Virus record (IMG/VR): IMGVR_UViG_3300003322_000414
Span: 6,855 to 70,854 of that record
Reading direction: 5' to 3' (one strand)
DNA: 64,000 nucleotides
DNA from: a virus
Each line of letters begins with the position of its first letter. Position 1 is the first letter of the stretch. A program made the position numbers and the translations under genes. The notes under the pieces were generated by a model that saw only the letters and a program-made list of their open reading frames with translations, was not told where the DNA came from and made no database searches. Positions 46,651 through 55,486 of the stretch are shown here, piece by piece.

Positions 46651-46902
46651 CTACTTGGCGTCGGGCTGGAAGGTCTCGCCGATCCAGTAGCCGGTGCCCA
46701 CCGCGCCCCACAGCACCGTCTGGTAGCCCTTGCCCTTCATCTCCGTGGAGAGCTTGGCCAGGGACTCGGCGTTGTTCCGGACCTTGCGGACCTCCAGCAC
46801 CTGGCGGTCCTCGCCGTAGCCGGTCTTGAAGGCGGCGGTCGCCCAGCCGTTGCGGCCGACGCGGTACTCGATGCGGATCTTGGGGAGCTGGTTCTCGGTC
46901 AT
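46651..46902 (-). CDS. early hypothetical protein
   Basis: CCAAGGAGG RBS. Confidence 0.7.
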   Translation of the reverse strand: MTENQLPKIRIEYRVGRNGWATAAFKTGYGEDRQVLEVRKVRNNAESLAKLSTEMKGKGYQTVLWGAVGTGYWIGETFQPDAK

Positions 46903-46943
46903 TCGGGTTGCCTCCTTGGGGCGTTCTCTCGCTTACAGTAAGA

Positions 46944-46973
46944 ACTATACTCCATTCTGCAGGTCCGCGCTAC
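46944..46973 (-). promoter_or_regulatory. early promoter GTAGCG-N18-TATAGT
   Basis: Exact motif match. Confidence 0.8.
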
Positions 46974-47148
46974 CCTGCAGTGGACTTTTCTTCAAGATTC
47001 TTTTGGAGGCATGCCGGCTTCAGGCTCAGTGGATTTTGAGCATCAAACCAAGTCTACTCCAGATTGGTCCAGATGGAAACCCCTCCGGCACAACTTGTTG
47101 AAATGCCGGCAGCCCGGTCCCGAGGAGGGACCGGGCCACCGCCGCGAC

Positions 47149-47406
47149 CTAGAGGCCGAGGTCCCGGAGGTCCGCCGCGCGGGCAGCGTCCAGGTAGGCC
47201 GCCGTGGGCTCCGAGCCGTCCGACGGGTCGGCCGCGTCCAGGGTGACGTAGGAGTCGCCGTCGGGCCGCGCCCAGAAGGAGAAGCCGCACTCGGGGACGG
47301 AGGCGTCGAACTCCACCCACGGACCGGCCACGCGGCCGGTAGCAGAGGCGGGGTAGCGCGGGTCGTCGGTGGAGTCGGCGATGACCTTGGCGTTGAAGTC
47401 GGACAT
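47149..47406 (-). CDS. early hypothetical protein
   Basis: GAAGG RBS; promoter GTTGCT-N18-TATACT at 47451-47480. Confidence 0.65.
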   Translation of the reverse strand: MSDFNAKVIADSTDDPRYPASATGRVAGPWVEFDASVPECGFSFWARPDGDSYVTLDAADPSDGSEPTAAYLDAARAADLRDLGL

Positions 47407-47569
47407 TTTGCCTTCCCGGTCGGGGGACCTTCCCCCTTCCTTGTAGTTTAAGTATACCTGTTGGCGTCCAGAAAAGCAACTCTGCAACTCAGATGCCGGC
47501 AAGATTCTTTTGGAGATTTTGGACATGCCGGCAGGCCCCACCCCGAAGGGCAGGGCCACCGACCGGCGA

Positions 47570-47788
47570 CTAGCAGCCGGAGCAGTCCGGGTGGGAGAAG
47601 CAGGCGGTCCGACGGCAGGCCATCGAGTGCGGGTGCGCCATGCGGCCGCAGTCCAGGCAGACGTGGGACAGACAGAACCGGCCAGCGGGCAGCGACAGGC
47701 AGTCGACGCAGGAGTAGGTAGCCAGCGCCGTAACGGACAGCAGGCGGACGTAGAGGGCGGAGAGCGGGACGAAGACGGGAGCGGACAC
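47570..47788 (-). CDS. small Cys-rich protein
   Basis: GTG after CCAAGGAGG; several CxxC motifs. Confidence 0.5.
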   Translation of the reverse strand: MSAPVFVPLSALYVRLLSVTALATYSCVDCLSLPAGRFCLSHVCLDCGRMAHPHSMACRRTACFSHPDCSGC

Positions 47789-47897
47789 GATAGCCTCCTT
47801 GGGGCTTGTTGACTAAGAGAAGCTTACCCTACGAACTGCAAAAAGAAAAGTCTCCAAAGGGGTTTTCTTTGGACTGCAGTTGGGGTATAGTTCTAGT

Positions 47898-48050
47898 ATG
47901 GACAACGAAGAGAACACGAACCCCGAAGCTCCCTCCGACTCCTGGACCCTGTACCAGATCGAGCAGGCGACCCGCCGTCGGGAAGCGCAGATGGACGAGC
48001 TGGAGATCCTCTCCCGCCACCTGCACGACCCCGAGGGCAACCCGCTCTAG
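47898..48050 (+). CDS. 50-aa protein, probably translated from a leaderless mRNA (not in the ORF track)
   Basis: ATG 6 nt after TATAGT (47886-47891), no SD; MDNEENTNPEAPSDSWTLYQIEQ... Confidence 0.55.
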   Translation: MDNEENTNPEAPSDSWTLYQIEQATRRREAQMDELEILSRHLHDPEGNPL

Positions 48051-48195
48051 CGGGTGGGGCGGGGCCGGTCCTCCGGGGCCGGTCCTGTCCGTCCAAGTCC
48101 ATGCCGGCTGGGGGTAGCGGACTTGGTGTACAGTAGGGTAGAGTTGTTGTTGTGAGGGCGGGCAGGTGGCCCGCCCCAGTCCCCAAGGAGGACGC

Positions 48196-48393
48196 ATGAG
48201 CAAGCCCACGGCCGACATGACCAAGGCCGAGCTGGCCCAGTACCTGGCCGACAAGTGGTACCCGTCAGAGGAGGGCAACGCCAGCGCGGCCGAGTCGTAC
48301 ATGAAGTACACCAAGCACCAGCTGCTGGAGCAGGTCGAGCACGCGCGTGGTGAGAGGGCCACGTCGGACCTGACCTACAAGTACGACCACTGA
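48196..48393 (+). CDS. early hypothetical protein
   Basis: Promoter GTAGCG-N19-TAGAGT (48114-48144), CCAAGGAGG RBS, hairpin after the stop. Confidence 0.7.
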   Translation: MSKPTADMTKAELAQYLADKWYPSEEGNASAAESYMKYTKHQLLEQVEHARGERATSDLTYKYDH

Positions 48394-48719
48394 CAGACGC
48401 AGAAGAGGCCCGCTGCCCCGGTTGGGGTGGCGGGCCTCCTGCTTGCCGGCACCAGGCGACAGGGTCGCAGTGGTCGTGTGGCTCCTATGCCTTGCGTGCC
48501 GGCAACCTGGTGAGGTTGCGTCCTCAGCTGTTGGTCGCAGCCTCGTAGTCGGCAAGGTCGCGGATCACGTCCACGGTCTTGCGACTTGGGACAAGCTTAC
48601 CTCGTCCGCGCCACGCGGGGTCGCACACGCCCGCAAGCACCTCGGGCACCGGCCTGGAGTCCTGCCGGCATGCAGCCGCCTCCGGGCTTGGGCAGTCCCA
48701 CGGACACCACGCACACTGA

Positions 48720-49004
48720 CTACTTGCCGAGGGCCGAGTCATCGATCTCGAAGTCCATGTCCGAGAATCGCGGCTCACCGCAGATGTTGTGCAGGTGCTG
48801 CGAGAACACCACCGGCACGCCGTCGGGGCCGATGAACATCGGCTCGATGCGGTCGTTGCCGTCGTTGTCCACGTCGACGACGGCCCATGCCAGGACGTCG
48901 TACTCCATGAACTTCTCCTTGAAGTCTCCGCTTCCCTTCTCCCACTCAGTGCGCACGCACACCTTGAGGCCGGGCTGGACGGGCGTGATGCTGCCGATCT
49001 TCAT
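48720..49004 (-). CDS. hypothetical protein
   Basis: Starts 1 nt after the primase stop. Confidence 0.6.
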   Translation of the reverse strand: MKIGSITPVQPGLKVCVRTEWEKGSGDFKEKFMEYDVLAWAVVDVDNDGNDRIEPMFIGPDGVPVVFSQHLHNICGEPRFSDMDFEIDDSALGK

Positions 49005-49005
49005 G

Positions 49006-51837
49006 TCACTTCTCCACTGTGAGCTTGAGCTGGCCGTCCGCGCTGATGCGGAGACCGATCATGACTGCACGGCCCTTGAACGGGTCGCGCCTGTACTTGG
49101 GGTTCTTCTCGTATCCCAGCTCCTCCAGTCGGTTGCCGAACGCCTTGAGGCCGGGCACGTCACCCTTGAGGACGTGCTCCACCTTGCACCAGGCCTCGAA
49201 CATCCTGTGGAGCGGCGTGACCTGCGCCACGTAGCGATCGCCGTCCTTCTCCTCGGAGTGCTCGCCGACCTCGATGTCGCCTTCCTCGACGGCGTGGACG
49301 ATCCAGCGCTGAACGATGTCCGCGTCGGTCCTGTAGCCCATGGAGGCGTTGGCAACCTCCTCGGGCGGGAACAGCCCCTCCTCGCGGTACATGCGGAGCC
49401 CCTCGACCATCCAGGCCAGGACGCCCTCAACCTCGCCGGGGAACCCGCCTTCACCAAGAATCTTGTCCGACAGCTTCTCGTCGCGGTCGGGGTGGCCCTT
49501 GGGGAACGCCACGGTCCACGGGACGACCTGGATGCGGTTCCAGATGGCCTCGTCCTCGGCGTTGATCCGGCTGAGGTGGTTCGTGGCGACGAGCACGAGG
49601 CACTCGGGCTGCCAGCGCTTGTTGCCCTCGGCGTAGTTGCCTCGCGTGGAGACGCCGTCGCCACCCGTGAGCTGCTTGACGAAGCGCTCGTCCAGAGGCT
49701 CGTTGGGTGCGAGCTCGCTGGACACGACGAAGCGCTTGCCCTTGATGGCGTCGCGGTCCGGGTCGCGACCGCCCGTGTCGAACCGGCGCTTGCTCAACGC
49801 TCCCTCGGCCAGCGTTGCGCTGTAGGTGCTCCCGAGCACCTTCTCGATGACCTTGAGGAAGATGGACTTGCCGGTGTCGCCGACGCGGCTGTACAGGAAG
49901 GCGATCAGCTTCTGGTCGCCGTCGCCCGACATGGCGTAGCCGACCAGCTTCTGCAGATACCGGCGCGTCTCCTCGTTGGGCTGGTTCGTGGCCAGATACC
50001 CGGTCCAGATGGGCGCGGTGGCCTCGGGGTTGTAGCGCACCTGGCAGATGCGCGTGTTCATGTCTTCGAGCCGGTGCGGGCCGAGCTCCAGCGTCTGGGT
50101 GTTGATCTCGCCGTTCAGCACACAGAACGTGCCGCGCACATTGTCGAAGTCCTCCTCAGTGACCGAGATGCCCGGCTGGTGCTCCAGCTGACGGACGGCT
50201 TCCCGCATGCGCGCGCCATCCTTGCACTTCTCGATCCACTTGAGCGTCTCCTGGTACAGGCCGTCAGCCTGCTCCCACGCCAGCCGGTCGCCCAGGAAAT
50301 CGGCGTGCTCAGCGCTCTGGGCCGCATAGCCCATCGTCTGGGCCGGTGCCTGGGCGAGGGCTCCGTAGCGCCCGAGGAGCGCCTTGTAGGGCTTCCCGGA
50401 GGCGTTCAGGACGTCCCAGTCGCTCGGGAATGCCGGCATGTCCGGATCCTTGTAGTCGAACACCTCCGCGAACTCCATGTAGTCCGTCAGGTCGGAGGAG
50501 GCCGCCATGACGAGCGCGCCGGTGTCCTGCCCCCAGTGCGTGCCTGTCCAGGTGCGCCACGTTCCCTCGTTGCCCTTGGTGACGCGACGGAACACCTTGC
50601 CGTACAGGTCGAACATCCGCTTGCCGTTGCCCTTGTCGTTGGGCTCGTTGTTGGCGGTGACGCCGATGTGCCCCTCGAAGGCCGGGTGGAACGCGGGCCA
50701 GTCGGTCGGGTTGACCTGCTTCTCCGGGTCGGCCTCCAGCTTGGGCCGCTGCTTGACCTGCTTCTTGTCGTACAGGTCCTGGCCCTTGAGACCGAGATAC
50801 TCCAGGAGTGCAGCCAGGCCCGTCTCGCTCTGGTCGGTGCAAGGTCCCTGAGAGGACTCGCACCACATTCGGACGCATCCCTCGCCCTGCTCAAACTCGA
50901 AGCTGGGATTCTTGTCCTCGTGATGCGGGTTGGGGCAATTGGTCTTGTATCTGCTGCCGGCAATCTTGTCCAGATAGTGCCCCTTGGCCTCCAGCGCCTT
51001 GATGAACCGTCGCATCGCCGGTCCCTGGGGCAGGTCGGAGTCTGACAGGACCATCTTGGTGCTGCGCTTGTTGCCCGCCTCCTTGGGCGCGCGAGCCTTG
51101 AGGACGTCCAGCTTGATCTTGTTCAGATCCTCGATGGGGCTTCCGAATTCGAGGTGGTCTCGCAAGTCCTTGCCGGTCTTGGCCTCGCGGAAGAACACCT
51201 TGATGCTGGCATCCACGGCCTTGATCGATCGGAACTTGCGAATCGCGCTTGCAGCGCCCGGGAAGTCGACTCCGTCCTCATTGAAGCGCTTCTGGTGCTT
51301 CTCGTCAAGGTGGTCCCGGTCCACGATGACGTACACCGTGCCCTTGAAGCCTCGGAGATGTTCGGCAACCTCCTCGGGGAACTTGGTGCCCAGGTGCGTT
51401 GTCGTGGCGTAGACGTGGCTCAGCGCCCACGCAGCCTCGCAGTCGCCCTCTCCCTCGGGGATGTAGAGCTTGTCCGCCGGGTTGCGGCGAGCCACGAGCT
51501 CCTGAATCCTGTGCATACCGTACAGAAGGCTCTGGTGGTGCATCGACTTGCGGTCGAAGTGCGGACAGTACCGGAACGTCTTGTCGACCTTGCCGGTGAA
51601 GTCACCAGGGACGCGGATCTTGTACCGGAAGCGCGAGAACAGCCGCTTGCCGTCCGCGTTGTAGTACGGGTACAGGTGCGTCAGCTCGCCGTACACGCGC
51701 ATATCCGTGTTGCGGTCGCAGTCGCACTCGTCCGTGGGCTTGGCCGGGGGAGAGTACTTAGCCAGCTGGACACCGGGCGTGTATGTGATCAGCTTGATCC
51801 GCTCTCGCTTGCGCCGACGTGTTGGCTCTGTTGCCAA
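49006..51837 (-). CDS. DNA primase-helicase (Toprim-like N-terminus, D5-like SF3 helicase C-terminus)
   Basis: YIPEGEGDC, VIVDRD, GKDLRD; GDTGKS Walker A, FVVSSE, VATNH. Confidence 0.88.
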   Translation of the reverse strand: MATEPTRRRKRERIKLITYTPGVQLAKYSPPAKPTDECDCDRNTDMRVYGELTHLYPYYNADGKRLFSRFRYKIRVPGDFTGKVDKTFRYCPHFDRKSMHHQSLLYGMHRIQELVARRNPADKLYIPEGEGDCEAAWALSHVYATTTHLGTKFPEEVAEHLRGFKGTVYVIVDRDHLDEKHQKRFNEDGVDFPGAASAIRKFRSIKAVDASIKVFFREAKTGKDLRDHLEFGSPIEDLNKIKLDVLKARAPKEAGNKRSTKMVLSDSDLPQGPAMRRFIKALEAKGHYLDKIAGSRYKTNCPNPHHEDKNPSFEFEQGEGCVRMWCESSQGPCTDQSETGLAALLEYLGLKGQDLYDKKQVKQRPKLEADPEKQVNPTDWPAFHPAFEGHIGVTANNEPNDKGNGKRMFDLYGKVFRRVTKGNEGTWRTWTGTHWGQDTGALVMAASSDLTDYMEFAEVFDYKDPDMPAFPSDWDVLNASGKPYKALLGRYGALAQAPAQTMGYAAQSAEHADFLGDRLAWEQADGLYQETLKWIEKCKDGARMREAVRQLEHQPGISVTEEDFDNVRGTFCVLNGEINTQTLELGPHRLEDMNTRICQVRYNPEATAPIWTGYLATNQPNEETRRYLQKLVGYAMSGDGDQKLIAFLYSRVGDTGKSIFLKVIEKVLGSTYSATLAEGALSKRRFDTGGRDPDRDAIKGKRFVVSSELAPNEPLDERFVKQLTGGDGVSTRGNYAEGNKRWQPECLVLVATNHLSRINAEDEAIWNRIQVVPWTVAFPKGHPDRDEKLSDKILGEGGFPGEVEGVLAWMVEGLRMYREEGLFPPEEVANASMGYRTDADIVQRWIVHAVEEGDIEVGEHSEEKDGDRYVAQVTPLHRMFEAWCKVEHVLKGDVPGLKAFGNRLEELGYEKNPKYRRDPFKGRAVMIGLRISADGQLKLTVEK

Positions 51838-51900
51838 CGGATGCCTCCTCTGTGGTTCTGGGTCGTGCGGGTGTTACGTGCGCGTTGAGAAGGCTACGCG

Positions 51901-52263
51901 CTAGAGCTCGTCGGGCTCCAGGTCCTCGATGTCGCCGTCCTTGTCGGGCTGCGCGGTACGGGTGCGCGCGAGCGCCTCGGCGTTGGTCTCGACTGCGTCG
52001 GCGGTGTAGTCCTCGTCGTCGAGGTCGAAGAGCATGTTTGCGAGAGAGGACAGGTCCTCCTTCGTGAAGAACTGGCGACCCAGCAGGATCTCGCTCTCGA
52101 CGCGAGCGAGCGAGAGAAGGCGTCGGCCCTCGTCCTCCATGTCGGGCTTGGACTGGTTGACGCCGCGCCCGATCATCGCGATGGCGGTGGTCATGCGGCG
52201 CTGCAATTCGGGGCTTGCGACCTTCTTGGCCACTTTGCTGCTCCTTGTTGTTGGCTTCGGCAT
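51901..52263 (-). CDS. hypothetical protein
   Basis: 120-aa ORF upstream of the primase. Confidence 0.6.
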   Translation of the reverse strand: MPKPTTRSSKVAKKVASPELQRRMTTAIAMIGRGVNQSKPDMEDEGRRLLSLARVESEILLGRQFFTKEDLSSLANMLFDLDDEDYTADAVETNAEALARTRTAQPDKDGDIEDLEPDEL

Positions 52264-52746
52264 CGGGGTTGACGCCGAGGGAACTACCTTACCTTACCCG
52301 GTCTTGGGGCGTTTCGGAATTGGTGAATTGGGTGAATTCTGAGTTTATGCATGCCGGCGGTGGGTCGGAGGGCGGGAGGGGTTCAGAAGCCCCCCTCGGC
52401 CCCTCCGTGTCGAAATGTGCTCTGACCTGCGCATATATGGGAGGAGCGGGGGAAAGGGGGAAGAGGGCCCTTCTCTTTCCGGGAGATATCTTTTTAGGTC
52501 TGGTCCTCGGGGCTAAGGCCGAGGGTTACTTTTATGTTGTTTTTCTCTGGGTTACCTACCTACTCTCTCACGGAGCTCTACGTCATTTTTCCCCTCTTCC
52601 CCTCTGATTAGAGAAGAAGCGCAGGTAGACAAGGGTTTGAGTCGGAGGGGAATGGGAGGGGAAGTGGGAGGGGAACGGAGGGAAAGGAGGGATTCTGAGG
52701 GGCGGCTGATATGCAGAATGCCGGCTTGTTGGATGGCGTAAGGTAA

Positions 52747-53304
52747 GTGGACAATGACGTTCATTCAATTAAGGTGGTGTCCAGAGTGGGTCGGCTGAAG
52801 CGAAGGAGTCCGGGGAGGGGCGCAGGACGGCCCTCGGACATTACGAACACGTTCAGGGACGCCGTCACCACTCGGGCTATGGAGCTCCGCATGGAGTCCT
52901 ACACTCTGCGTGAGACCACCGAGATCGTGAACGAGGAGTTTGGTGACACGCTCTCCATCTCAACAGTTCGAGGTTGGATAGAGGAGCGCATCAAGCCCGA
53001 GCTCGAAGAGACTGCTGATGCGTATCGCCAGCATCTGCTGGACCAGATTGCCACGGCCAAGCGAGCGGTCTGGAAGCGCGTTCAGATGGGTGACGACAAG
53101 GCAGTGACTGCCTGGACTCGACTTCTGGACCGCGAGATGCGACTGACCGGGGTGGAGAAGCCGCACCAGATCGCAGTGACGACGTCGAATGCAGACTCGG
53201 ATGCGCTGGAGGTTCAGAAGATCATGGACCACTTCTTCGGTGCGCCCGACTCGGCTGCTGGCCACGTGATCCAGGGCGAAGTGGTGAGGCGTGAGGAGGG
53301 CTGA
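52747..53304 (+). CDS. terS: terminase small subunit (start uncertain; GTG 52774 or 52777 possible)
   Basis: N-terminal HTH, RLLDREMRLTGVE pattern; first gene of the late arm. Confidence 0.7.
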   Translation: MDNDVHSIKVVSRVGRLKRRSPGRGAGRPSDITNTFRDAVTTRAMELRMESYTLRETTEIVNEEFGDTLSISTVRGWIEERIKPELEETADAYRQHLLDQIATAKRAVWKRVQMGDDKAVTAWTRLLDREMRLTGVEKPHQIAVTTSNADSDALEVQKIMDHFFGAPDSAAGHVIQGEVVRREEG

Positions 53305-53440
53305 ATCGCTCGGTGGCCGTTTGCCGAGAGATCGTTTGGCGGGCGGAGCCGGGGAAGGGTCGGAGCGGGTTCGGGGCTTACGACTCAGAAAGAATCGGCG
53401 GACGGGGCTGAATCGGGGGCATTGACGAAGGGAGCGGACG

Positions 53441-53752
53441 GTGTCGGTCAGGTGCAAGGAGTGCAAGCGCCACAGATGCGGGAGGTGCGGTTGGACTGGA
53501 AGACGGAAGACTGGCGTTCAGCTTCCGTGCGCGCGCTGTGGCCACGTCGTCACCATTCATGCGGTGATGCATCGCAACGGCTACTGCTCGCTGGCTGACT
53601 CGTCGACGAAGCACAAGCGGTTCACGTGTCGTTGGTGCGAGCGGGTCCGGCGGGACGACCGCATGAGGCGGGTCGGTCGTGAGTGGGAGTGCAAGGAAGT
53701 CCACTCGTGTGGTAGGGCGCAGCGAGAGCGGGGTGGCTATGGGACTGCGTAA
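53441..53752 (+). CDS. Cys-rich Zn-finger protein
   Basis: Five CxxC pairs; similar in pattern to 53739-54092. Confidence 0.55.
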   Translation: MSVRCKECKRHRCGRCGWTGRRKTGVQLPCARCGHVVTIHAVMHRNGYCSLADSSTKHKRFTCRWCERVRRDDRMRRVGREWECKEVHSCGRAQRERGGYGTA

Positions 53753-54092
53753 GGTGTGCATGTCCTGCTATCGCCACGTGTGCCCGTGTGGTTGGTACAA
53801 GGTCCTGTCGCGTGCGTATGGTGGAGTATTGCCGTGCGGACGATGTGGGAACGCGGACCGGGTGACCGTGCGAGAGGTGGCGCACTACAGTGCGGGTGCC
53901 GATGGGCTGTGTCCGTACCGGGCCACGATGCCAGCCGCTGTTGTGGTGAAGAGGCGCTGCCAGTTCTGCGAGCGTGAGCGCGACGAGGCGTTCATGGACT
54001 ACGCAGAGGGCGAAGGATGGGAGTGTCGAGATGCTGTGCGCTGCGAGGCCACGCAACTCGGCGCTGAACTGGAGATCGGAGAGGTGGCATGA
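53739..54092 (+). CDS. Cys-rich Zn-finger protein
   Basis: CxxC pairs; shares LPCxRCG and GWEC with the previous ORF. Confidence 0.55.
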   Translation: MGLRKVCMSCYRHVCPCGWYKVLSRAYGGVLPCGRCGNADRVTVREVAHYSAGADGLCPYRATMPAAVVVKRRCQFCERERDEAFMDYAEGEGWECRDAVRCEATQLGAELEIGEVA

Positions 54093-54355
54093 GCGACAAG
54101 CTTGTCGTGGGCTATCAGGAGTTCGTGCGGACTGTGGCCGGTGGCCTAGCCACGACGGACAAGCACGACTGCGAGGGCGGGGAGCGCCCGGACTACAAGG
54201 AGATGGCCAAGGTCCTGTGGGCGAGCGGGTACAGGTTCGACCCGGAGGCGCGCAAGCAGTGGCTCGTCGTGGAGCTGCGCTCTCGGCTTGCCGGCAACAC
54301 CGAGCTGACCGACATGCTGGGCGAGCTCCTCACGCTGTCCGGGTATGATGACTGA
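54089..54355 (+). CDS. hypothetical protein
   Basis: GGAGAGG RBS, coupled start. Confidence 0.6.
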   Translation: MSDKLVVGYQEFVRTVAGGLATTDKHDCEGGERPDYKEMAKVLWASGYRFDPEARKQWLVVELRSRLAGNTELTDMLGELLTLSGYDD

Positions 54356-54375
54356 GTCGGAGGGAGGTGAGCAGC

Positions 54376-54540
54376 ATGCCCGTTCAGAAGGTGAAGAACG
54401 GCTACCGATGGGGTCCGAGCGGGACGGTGTACCCGACACGGAAGCAGGCGGAGACGCAGGGCGCAGCGATCGAGTCGAGCAAGGCGTCCTACACCCTGAA
54501 GTGGCCCGCGAGGAAGGGCAGGGAGCGCAAGCGCGTCTGA
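54376..54540 (+). CDS. 54-aa basic protein (not in the ORF track)
   Basis: GGAGG RBS; MPVQKVKNGYRWGPSGTVYPTRKQAETQG... Confidence 0.6.
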   Translation: MPVQKVKNGYRWGPSGTVYPTRKQAETQGAAIESSKASYTLKWPARKGRERKRV

Positions 54541-54864
54541 CCTGTAGCAGTTGTTGGATGGACTCGCACCACTGCGTGTCCAACAGGAAGTGTGGCTGCT
54601 GGGTATGCCGCACCGAGGAGGAGATCAACATGTTGGGCATGGCACCGAACACCATCGACCGGGACGTCCAGGAATGGCAGCGCATCGAGGAGGCCGTGGC
54701 CTTCAGGCTGCCCAACGGGGACGAGTTGTTCATCGCGCGTCGAGTGCCGTGCCCGACATGCAACAAGCCCGTGGCCCTGGTGCTCGCGGACGAGACGACG
54801 ATCGGCTACGCCCGACGCCACGGGCAGTGTGGCCTGGACAAGATCAAGCTGGGAGACGAGAACG

Positions 54865-55212
54865 ATGGCTGAAGCGAATCTGGAAGTCTCGGTGTCGAGC
54901 GAGGTGGAGTTCTCTGTCGGCGAGAAGACGGAGGCCTGGCTGGTGTCCCTGGGGTGGACGCCTCCTCCGGCCGAGGAGCCCGCAGGCTCGGACCTGGTGA
55001 ACAACACGCGCGCTCCGTACGCCTCGATGCCCGAGGCGCTGGAGGCGATGAACGGTCGCCAGGCCGCCAAGTACCAGGCGCAGCAGGACTACCAGGCCAT
55101 GAAGGCGGAGCTCTCCTCGCCGGAGCGTCTGGACAACCTGCTCAAGTTCTTCGGGGTGCAGCTGCCCCGCTTCATCCAGGTTCCGGTCACGGATGCCCCG
55201 GCTGAATCCTGA
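54865..55212 (+). CDS. hypothetical protein
   Basis: GGAG RBS, GC3 bias. Confidence 0.55.
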   Translation: MAEANLEVSVSSEVEFSVGEKTEAWLVSLGWTPPPAEEPAGSDLVNNTRAPYASMPEALEAMNGRQAAKYQAQQDYQAMKAELSSPERLDNLLKFFGVQLPRFIQVPVTDAPAES

Positions 55213-55486
55213 ACAGAAAGAGGCGTACGCGGAGCTGGAGCGCGCCATTGAGCGAGTGCTCCGGCTCCGTGGGGCCGAAGGCATCCTGACCGAGTACGTG
55301 ACGTTGGCCGGAGTCCAGACCATAGACGACGAGGGCGACACGGCCGGTTCGGTCATGATGATCCTGCCCATGGGAGGTGGACTTCCGTACCATCGGGTCA
55401 TGGGCCTTGTTGACTACACACAAACGGTGCTGCGCGCTGAAGTGGCGCGCAACGAGCTGGGAGCGCGGGAAGACGATGAGGATTAG
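55193..55486 (+). CDS. hypothetical protein (commonly seen before TerL in actinophages)
   Basis: 97 aa overlapping the terL start. Confidence 0.55.
   Translation: MPRLNPEQKEAYAELERAIERVLRLRGAEGILTEYVTLAGVQTIDDEGDTAGSVMMILPMGGGLPYHRVMGLVDYTQTVLRAEVARNELGAREDDED

Noticed and set aside
42700-47500. Regularly spaced repeats read as a CRISPR-like array or attachment sites
   Set aside because: The repeats are promoter and RBS motifs separated by whole ORFs; no integrase is present in the window
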